Shown: positions 55,303-64,000 of the stretch, one piece after another
Layout of the letters: each line of letters begins with the position of its first letter
Numbering within the stretch: position 1 is the stretch's first letter
Assembly: GCF_009914755.1 (NCBI RefSeq)
Contig: NC_060940.1
DNA length: 64,000 nt
Direction: 5' to 3' (one strand)
Origin: the human T2T-CHM13v2.0 reference genome, Homo sapiens
Made by a program: the position numbers and the translations under genes
The notes under the pieces: model-generated
The model's input: only the letters and a program-made list of their open reading frames with translations
Told to the model about the DNA's origin: nothing
Databases searched by the model: none

Positions 55303-56498
55303 TACATGATACCTAAACTCATGATATCTGTTCTCCATTTATGTAATTGGGAGTGGGCCTCACTTAATAAATGCCAGTTTCCTATGATATTAAACAATGA
55401 TTGCTTTTAGAATCCAATGAACTTTTAGAAATACTTATTAAGCAGAAATTATATTTTCTGTGTATTTGTTTCCCTTTTCTTATCCTTTTTTTGTAACATG
55501 TACATATATGAGGGTTTAACAGAAAATACATACATTTACAAGAACAAAATTCCATAACTATGGGGAATATTTCCAAACAGTTGGTTTTGATTCTCTTTCA
55601 GTCTGAATTTAATTTTTAAAGTATTAGATTTATCATTTACTGCTTAAAATATCACCTTTATTTTAAGACTTTTAAATTGTAAGTGCTCCCCATATAGGCC
55701 TCAGCACCTTAGCAGCCTTGTGTAGGGCTGCAACACTCATACCCAGGGAAAGGGGAGATAGATCAAATGCTGTGGAATGGAGAAGAGAGTCTTGAAAAAA
55801 AATCTCTAAAAATTAAAAAGGAGGAGGTCTAGGATGCAGTGTAGTCCCAAGGGAAAAGATTGTCTGTGATTATATGAGAAAGCAACCTCCACAACCTCAG
55901 ACTATAGGTTGTAGCTTTGAACAGGGTACTAAGTATAGCACATGTCATGGGGAATGGGGCAGCCTTGGGAATCTGAGATTCTCTGGCAGAAGAAAATGGT
56001 ACCATTGGAAGAGTCAGGGAGCTAGTGTCCCGTATGCTGAAATGATGCAACAAGCTCTCAGGTAGTACCCAATTCAAGAGTTGATTTCTTCACCCAGAAA
56101 CAGAACTAGTACATTGGTTCCCCAGGGTGTCTTCAATGTCAACAGCCATAATTGTGTTACGTATTTGCTCTCATGGAAGCTACGATCTCTGACATGAATG
56201 CCTAGCATTGCAATTACCTATTCAATTTCCTTTTCCAGATAAATAAAGCCTTCATGAAGGGCCAGGTCTGTGTACGACTCTCTCCAAGCCCACTCCCTTT
56301 ATAAAAAAAAAAGGGTTCCAAAATATTTATTGGATTGACAATTTAAATATATTTTCATTGATAGTTTGGATTTTCTTTTATTGAATATAAGATACTCTTC
56401 TTAGAGATAATCTACCTTGAGAGTACTTCATCAGTTTTCACTCTTTTAGTCAATAATGACAAATAAATAAATATAATTATACCCATAGCAATACCAAC

Positions 56499-56852
56499 TG
56501 ATATGGTTTGGCTGTGCCCCACCCAAATCTCATCTTGAATTGTAGCTCTCACAATTCCCATGTGTTGTGGGAGGGACTGGTGGGAGGTAACTGAATCATA
56601 GGGGTGGGGCTTTTCCTTGCTGTTCTAGTGATAGGGAGTCTCATGAGATCTGATGGTTTTATAAAGGGGAATTTCCCTGCACAAGCTCTCTTCTCTTGTC
56701 TGCTGCCATGTGAGACATGCCTTTCACCTTCTTCCCTGATTGTAAAGTCTCCCCAGCCACGTGGAACTGTGAGTCCATTAAACCTCTTTTTCCTTACAAA
56801 TTACCCAGTCTCTGGTATGTCTTTATCAGCAGTGTGAAAATGGAGTAATACA
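56499..56852 (+). mobile_element. THE1 (ERVL-MaLR) solo LTR, THE1C-like
   Basis: tgatatggtttggctgtg ... cagcagtgtgaaaatggagtaataca, with a perfect 5-bp TSD ccaac (56494-56498 / 56853-56857). Confidence 0.95.
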
Positions 56853-57285
56853 CCAACAAACTCAACCAAATAAGCTTAAGCAAAAAGGAAAATTTTCTTT
56901 AGCTCAGGTAGCAGACAGATCCAGGTTGAGGATGTGACTGGATACAAGGGTTCTGATAACATCCACAGATCCAGTTTCTATCTCCCATTTGCAATTTTTC
57001 AGGTTGACTCTATTCTCCTTGTATTGTGAAAAAAGCTGGCAAAAGAAACTTCAATTCTACATTGTCAAAATTGGAAATCTAGTGCAGAAAGACACTTTTC
57101 AAGAAGTACCAGCAAATCTGATCATATGTTTATGTGTCATGGATTTAAGCCTGAAACAATCACTGCAGCCACAGGATGGTATTATGCTTATTTAGGATCA
57201 ATTCCTAAAGAAAAATTGAAGGCTATTGCTATATAACTAGGGAAATGAATGCTGCTGAAGTACCAGCATAATATCCCTTGTAGAA
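56853..57285 (-). mobile_element. Old MLT1 (J/K/L-like) MaLR LTR, host of the THE1 insertion
   Basis: caaactcaaccaaataagcttaagcaaaaagg, ctgaaacaatcactgcagcca and agggaaatgaatgctg match antisense old MLT1 LTRs. Confidence 0.6.
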
Positions 57286-58211
57286 CAGAAAAATAACATC
57301 TTTAAACCACATATATTGTCAAGCGCTAAGTTTCTTTGTAATTGTTATAATTCTTCCAAATTTCTGCAGTTGCGGGTGTTTTTCACTAATGATGTTTTAC
57401 TGCCAAATACACCATATGTTGGTATTCTCTAACAACCACTCTTAAGAAAAGGAGAGCTAAGGGGGCAGCAAGAGCCATTTAAACCCACTTACACTGAAAC
57501 TGGATTCTTTACTGTCACACAGCTGATACTGACATATGTGCTAGAATTCCTTTCTGAAATGATGAAATTGTTTTGACAAGTCTTAAAGCTAGAGTAATTT
57601 TTACAACTCCAATGGCTATTATTTCCAGATACACTATGATTTGCAGCTATCTATACCTCTCTTGATACAAAAAATTCATAGAAAAGGAAAAACATAAAAC
57701 TCCTTTCATTCTATTGTATTTACCTCAAGTTTTATGTACTTAAAATCTTTGTTAACTCTAATCTTAAAATATATTCTAAGCTTCAATAATTCTTTGATCT
57801 TTAATATAACCAGTTTATTTTTATCGTATTGTGGTAAGAACACTTAACATGAGATCTACACTCTTAGCAAGTTTTTGAGTGAACAATACTTTATTTTTTA
57901 CTACAAATAGGTCCAATATTGTGCAAAAGATCTCCAAATCATATTAATCTTTCTTGACTGAAACTTTAAGACCATTGATTAATAATTTCCCATTTCTCCC
58001 TATCTCAGGCCCCTGGTAACAACTATCCCACTCTGATTTTATAAATTTAACCATTTTAGATGCCTTATATAAGTAGAATTATGCAATATTTGTCTTGATG
58101 TGACTGGCTTATTTCACATATATAATGTCCTAAAAGTTCATTTAAGTTCATATTTTAAATGGTTTTTTTTTCTTTTTCATGCTGAATAGTATTCAATTTT
58201 ACCATATTTTC

Positions 58212-59450
58212 TTTTTTTAATTATTTTAATTTTATTTTAAGTTCCAGGATACATGTGCAGAACAGTCAGGTTTGTTACATAGGAATACATGTACCATGGT
58301 GGTTTGCCGCACCTATGGACCTGTCCTCTAAGTTTCCTTCCCTCAACTCCCACCCTGCAACAGGCCACGGTGTGTGATGTTCCCCTCCCTGTGTCCACAT
58401 GTTCTCATTGTTCAACTCCCACTTATGAGTGAGAATATATGGTGTCTGGTTTTCTGTTCCTGTGCTGGTTTGCTGAGGATGATGGCTTCCAGCTTCATCC
58501 ATATCCCTGCAAAGGACATGATCTCGTTCCTTTTTATGGCTGCATGGCATTCCATGGTATATATGTACCATATTTTCTTTATCCAGTCTATCAGTGATGG
58601 GCATTTGGGTTGGTTCCAAGTCTTTGCTATTGTAAATAGTGCTGCAATAAGCATACATGTGCATGTGCCTTTAAAGTAGAATGATTTATATTCCTTTGGG
58701 TATACACCCTGTAATGGGATTGCTGGGTCAAATGGTACTTCTGGTTCTAGGCCCTTGAGGAATCACCATACTGTCTTCCACAATGGTTGAACTAATTTAC
58801 ATTCCCACCAACAGTGTAAAAGCATTCTTTTTCTCCACAGACTTGCCAGTATCTATTGTTTCTTGACCTTTTAATAATTGCCATTCTGACTGGCATGAGA
58901 TGGTATCTCATTGTGGTTTTGATTTGCATTTCAGTGATGTTGAGCTTTTTTTTTATATGTTTGTTGGCCACATAAATGTCATCTTTTGAGAAGTGTCTGT
59001 TTATATCCTTTGTCCACTTTTTGATGGGGTTGTTTGTTTATTTCTTGTAAATTTGTTTAAGTTCCTGGTACATTCTGGATATTAGATCTTTGTCAGATGA
59101 GCAGATTGCAAAAATTTTCTCCCACTCTGTAGGTTGCCTGTTTACTCTGATGATAGTTTATTTTGCTGTGCAGAAGATCTTTAGTTTAATTAGATCCCAT
59201 TTATTAATTTTGGCTTTTGTGGAAATTGCTTTTTTTTTTTTTTTTTGTCATGAAGTCTTTGCCCATGCCTGTGTCCTGAATAGTATTGCCTAGGTTTTCT
59301 TCTAGGGTTTTTATGGTTTTGGGTTTTACATTCAAGTCTTTAATCCACCTTGAGTTTTTTCTGTTTAAGGTGTAAGCAAGGGGTCCAGTTTCAGTTTTCT
59401 GCATATGGCTAGCCAGTTTTTCCAGCACCATTTATTGAATAGGGGATCCC
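58212..59450 (-). mobile_element. 5'-truncated L1PA7/8-like element nested in L1MA9
   Basis: 3'UTR ttttaagttccaggatacatgtgcag...gacctgtcctctaagttt and ORF2 C-terminal remnants (58412..58654). The host sequence resumes at tttctttacc. Confidence 0.9.
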
Positions 59451-61989
59451 CTTTCTTTACCTTTTCATCTATCAATGAACATCTAGGTTGTTTCCACATC
59501 TTGGTTATTTTGGCCAATAATGCAATGAACATAGGAATGCTATTATCTCTTGGAGAACTTGATTCTCATTCTTTTGGATAAATAACCAGAAGTGAGATTG
59601 CTGGATTATATGATGGTTCTCTGTTTGCTTTTTTGAAGAACTTCCATACCGTTTTCTGTAGCAGCTGCATCATTTTGCATTCCCATTAACAATGTGCAAG
59701 GGTTCCAGTTTCTATACATTCTTGCCAACACTTGTGTGTGTGTGCGTGTGTGTGTATGTGCGTGTGTTTTAATACCCATCTTGACAGGTCTTAGTTAATA
59801 TCTGGTAGTTTGATATGCAAACAGAAGATTAGTGACCTTGTGCATTTTTTATATACCTGATGCACATTTGTATGTCTTCTTGGGAGTGATAGCTATTCAA
59901 GTTCTTAGCCCATTTTTTTTTAAACTGGGTTATATGATTTTTCGCTACCGAGTTTTAGGAGTTCCCTATATATTTTGTATATTAACCCCTTATCAGATGC
60001 ATGACTAGCAAATATTTTCTTCCATTCTGTGGTTTATCTTTTTACTCTGTTGATTGTTTCTTTTGCTACGTAGACAATTTTTAGCTTGATGTAGTCCCAT
60101 GTTTGTTTATGTTGCTTGTTTTTGGTGTCAGCTATGAAATCATTGCCAAGATCAATGTCATGAAAGATTTCCCCTCTGTTTTCATCTATTAGTTTTATAG
60201 TTTCATATCTTATGATTAAGTATTTAATCCATTTTGAGTTGGTTTTTGCATATTATATAAGATAAAAGTATAATTTCATTACTTTGCATCTAGATACCCA
60301 GTTTTTCCAATGCTATTTCTTGAAGTAACTACACTTTCCTTATGCGTATTCTTTGCCTCTTCATTGAAAATTAGTTGACTGTATTCATAAATTTATTTCC
60401 AAGAGCTCTATTTTATTCCAATGATCTATATGTCGGTGTTTATGCCAGTATCATACTGTTTTGATTATTTTAGTTTTATAATTTTTTTTAATAAAAAGAA
60501 AAGTGTGCCACCTTCAGCTTTGTTCTTCTATATCAAGGTTGATTTGGCTATTTATGGTCATGTGGATTTTGAATGTTTTTTCTGTTTTTTGAAAAATATC
60601 ATTGGAATCTGATAGGGATTAAATTGAATCTGTACATCGTTTTGAGTAGTATGGACATATTAATAATACTGTCTTACAATTCATGAACATGTCTTTTCAT
60701 TTCCTTGTGTCTTGTTTAATTTGTTTTATCAGTGTTTTGTAGTTTTTATTACTTAAGTCTTTCATCTCTTTAATCAAGTTTTTTTTCTAAGTTTTTTTTG
60801 TTTTGATGCTATTTTCATTAGGAATGTTTTCCTAATTTCCTTTTAAGATTGTTGGTTAGTTTATAAAATTGCAACTGATTTTGCATCTTGAATTTGTATT
60901 ATGAAATTTTACCAAATATTTTTATTAGTTCTAAACTTCTTTTCTTTTCTTTTTTTTTTTTTTTGTCTTTAGAGCTTTCTTTATATGAAGTTATATTGTC
61001 AGCAAACAAGAACAATTTTACTTCTTCATTTCTTATTTGGATGTCTTTTATTTCTTCTTCTAGCCTAATTGCTTTGGCTAGGACTTGCAGTACTTTGGTG
61101 AATACAAGTGGCAACAGTGGGCATCTTTGTCTCATGCCTAATCATAGAGGGAAAATTGACTTTTTCCACAATTAAGTATGGTGTTAGCTGTGGGCTTTTT
61201 GTATATGGCCTTTATTACTACACTGAGGTAAGTTTCTTTAATTCTAAGGTTTTAGAGTGTTTGTATCGTGGTGATTGCTATATTTTTTCAAATGCTATTT
61301 CTACATCTGTTGAGACAATGATATAATTTTTATTCTTTATGTTAATGTGGCATATCACATTAATTGATTTTTCATATACTGAACCATCCTTGCATACCAG
61401 GAATAAATCCCACTCAGTCATGGTGTATAATCATTTTAATATGCTGCTGAATTCAGTCTTGCTAGTATTTTCTTGATAATTTCGGCATCAATATTAATTA
61501 TGGATATTGATCTACAGTTTTATGTTTTTCTGGAGTCTTTGTCTTCCTATGATATCAGGATATACTGGCCTCATAGAATGTGTTTGGAAGTATTACTTCC
61601 TCTTCAATTTTTGGAAGAGTTTGAGAAGGATTGAAATTTGTTCTTTAATTATTGATGTAATGCATCAGTGATGCCATCTGGTCCTGGACTTCTATTTGTT
61701 GGGAGGTTTTGATTACTGCTTAAATCTCCTTAGTTGCTATTAGGCTGTTCAAACTTTCTGCTGCTTCTTGATTTTGTCTTAGGAAGTTGTATCTATTTTT
61801 CTAGGTTATACAGTTTGTTGGTATATAATTATTTATAATAACCTCTTATAATCCTTTTTATTCCTTTGGCATCAATTGTAATGTCTTTTCATTTATTTCT
61901 GATTTTATTCATTTTAGTATTCTATCTTTCTTATTTAGATAGTCTAGTTAAGGGTTTGCCAATTTTATCATTCCTAAAAACCAATTATT

Positions 61990-62024
61990 ATTGCTTCTTG
62001 GTCTTTTGGCTAAGATTAAATGTA
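61990..62024 (+). pseudogene. RNU2: 3'-truncated U2 snRNA retropseudogene (U2 nt 1-35)
   Basis: attgcttcttggtcttttggctaagattaaatgta vs U2 ATCGCTTCTCGGCCTTTTGGCTAAGATCAAGTGTA: 30/35 identical, all five differences transitions. It interrupts L1 sequence and has degenerate direct repeats (aaaaaccaatt / aaaaatcagct). The symbol refers to the parent gene family. Confidence 0.88.
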
Positions 62025-62189
62025 AAAATCAGCTCAGCTTCATTACTTTGTTTGGAAAATATTTTGTTGCTTTTGGCTTAAATGTTTGTTATTTACTTGC
62101 TTCTGCGACCTTTGGGCTTAGTTTGTTCTTGTTTTACAGCCCTTGAATTATAAAGTGAGGTTATTTGTGGTATTTCTTATTTATTTTAG

Positions 62190-62495
62190 AGAATTGACTA
62201 GCCTTTAAATTTTGAAATAACTTTGGAATTACAGGAGTTACAAAAATGGTACAAAGAATTCCTGTATAAACTTCGGATTCCTTAAATGTTAACATTTTGC
62301 CACATTTACTTTAGTCTGTTTTTTTCTGAAATATTTGACAGTATGTTGTAGATGCAATGCATTTTTGCTCTGGAATAAGTCTGTGTATATTTTCCCAAAA
62401 ACATAACTGCAGTACAAAAATCAAGAAATTAATATTAATACAGTGCTACAAACCTTACTGAATTTTTTCCAATTTTCCCACTATTGTGCTTTCTA
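62190..62495 (-). mobile_element. L1MC4-like 3' terminal fragment nested in L1MA9 ORF2
   Basis: ttttgaaataactttggaattacaggagttacaaaaatggtacaaagaattcc...tgttaacattttgccacattt...acataactgcagtaca...aatcaagaaattaatattaatacag resembles the L1MC4/5 3' end. Confidence 0.7.
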
Positions 62496-62892
62496 CTTTT
62501 TTAATGTAGGCTTTTATCACTATGAACTTCACTCTTCATACTGCTTTTTCTGCATCCCATGTTTTGTTATGCTGTGTTGTTATTTTTGTTTGCTTCAAAT
62601 TATTTTCTAATTTCCTTTTTTATTTATTCATTGATCCAATGGTTATTCAACACTGCATTACTTTTCACTTATTTATGAATTTTCCACTTTTTCCTTTGTT
62701 GCTGATTTCTTGATTAATTTCATTATGGTTGGAAAAGATACTTGGTATGATTTCAATCTTCTTAAATTTTAGACTTTTTTATGGCTTAACATGTCATCTA
62801 TACTGGGAAATGTGTCATGTTTGCTTAAGAAGACTATGTATTCTGCTGTTGAGTAGAGTGTTTTGTATATGTTTGTTAGATCCATTGCTTTA

Positions 62893-63370
62893 AAAATCCA
62901 GCTTAAAATAGTAAATTTGGCTTACATGGATCTAAATAATCTGCAGCATACTTTTCTCTGCAGCATAATTTCAAATCATTCTACTATGTCTCATTATATC
63001 CCAGTCATCCTGGTCTTCCCTTTATTTTCAAACAGTCTAAGCTTATTTCTACTTCTTTCTGGGGGCATTGTATGTTCCGTTCCTATAGCTTAGATGACTC
63101 CTTGCCATCATTTAGAATTAAATTGTAAAGCATTTACATTGGGACACCTTTCTTAGTGTTTCATAATATCATTGTACCCTGAACTTTTCTTCTGTAGCCC
63201 TTGTACAACTGTAATGACATCATTTTATGTACTTTCGCATGCTTACTTCCTGCCACTGTTTTGGCTCCTCCCTTTAAACACCTATGCAATCCATTTCAAA
63301 TCCCTTTTGGCTAACGGAGTGCATTTTATTAAGTGTTCAATAATTATTTTTTGGCTAAATAAATGAATAA
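62893..63370 (+). mobile_element. L2 3' fragment
   Basis: tcccagtcatcctggtcttccctttattttcaaaca ... terminus gtgttcaataattatttttt...aaatgaataaa. Confidence 0.7.
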
Positions 63371-63717
63371 AAAATTAAAGATAAAAAGACATAGTATGTT
63401 TGCCAGAGTGTTTTTAATGCAACAAAATGTGGAAAACCCAATATATATGAACAAGAATTACAAGATAAAACAGGTCGTATTTTACAAAAGACATTAATAC
63501 ACTTTTTCCTCTAAAAGAGTTTGCATTTTTACAAAGATAAGAGAAAGATAACCAGAGAATATGTTTTATTTTTTTCTTATAAATTAAAATGTGGAAATAT
63601 TTTTGTAGAAGAAGAAATGAAAGCCCTTATTTTCATAAAACTATCCTAAATATACAAAAGAGATCATTGAGTTATTACATATTTTTCCAAACAAAGTCCT
63701 TGACAGATGAATAGTTG

Positions 63718-64000
63718 ACTTATTCAAAAATTTGTATTAAATATCTACTATGATCTATGTGCTAAAGGAGACTTTTCTACAAGAATAAACAGCATGTAAC
63801 AAAGCACAAATGTAGCAGAGAGAGCCTGACAGAATAAGGAAATGAGAGTTTCCCTATGGAAGGGTAGTAGAATATAAGGCTTATTAAGAGAAGGTCAGTG
63901 AACCACTAGCCTCTGCAAAACATGAAGAGGAAGAAAGGAGGTTAAGCTTATTTTAGAGCTTTGTGGACTGAGTTATCATGTATGGTTAGAAAATAGGCCT
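63718..64000 (-). mobile_element. L2 fragment
   Basis: tattcaaaaatttgtattaaatatctactatg and aaacagcatgtaacaaagcaca match antisense L2. Confidence 0.55.

Larger units (their letters stand above)
57815..62888 (-). mobile_element. L1MA9-like LINE-1 (3'UTR plus ORF2), 5'-truncated, with three nested insertions
   Basis: 3' end gtggtaagaacacttaacatgagatctacactctta. ORF2 remnant 60899..61135 ([11 protein letters not shown]...KLFLFADNI). Colinear with L1 across the insertions at 58.2-59.45 kb, 61990-62024 and 62.19-62.5 kb. Confidence 0.85.

Overview
This is an AT-rich, CpG-poor mammalian genomic window, almost certainly human: it carries an AluYb8, a human-specific subfamily, with the diagnostic 7-bp GCAGTCC duplication. 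I see no intact protein-coding gene, CpG island, tRNA/rRNA gene or CRISPR-like system. Every long ORF I can assign is a LINE-1 ORF1/ORF2 remnant or Alu/low-complexity read-through. More than half of the window is interspersed repeat. The large elements are a full-length, TSD-flanked but inactivated L1PA8-like element (28.1-34.8 kb, minus, AluY inserted in ORF1), a long L1PB-type element (37.8-47.4 kb, minus, hosting an AluYb8 and a solo LTR1, with an apparently doubled 5'UTR), and an L1MA9-like element (57.8-62.9 kb) hosting an L1PA8-like 3' end, a 35-nt U2 snRNA retrocopy and an L1MC-type 3' fragment. There is also a 5'-truncated L1PA2-like element, solo LTRs (MER57-like, MLT2, LTR1, THE1C nested in MLT1), DNA-transposon fossils (MER44A, MER58A, MER5) and many L2/MIR fragments and microsatellites. 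I found no previously undescribed biological system that I can support. The best leads are retrotransposition and repair signatures: the tailless U2 copy, an age-inverted L1 nesting, a templated 135-bp insertion, the doubled 5'UTR, a possibly polymorphic AluYb8 and a THE1C with an intact DUX4 motif. Subfamily names come from recalled consensus sequences and need RepeatMasker/Dfam confirmation. Boundaries of old repeats are approximate.
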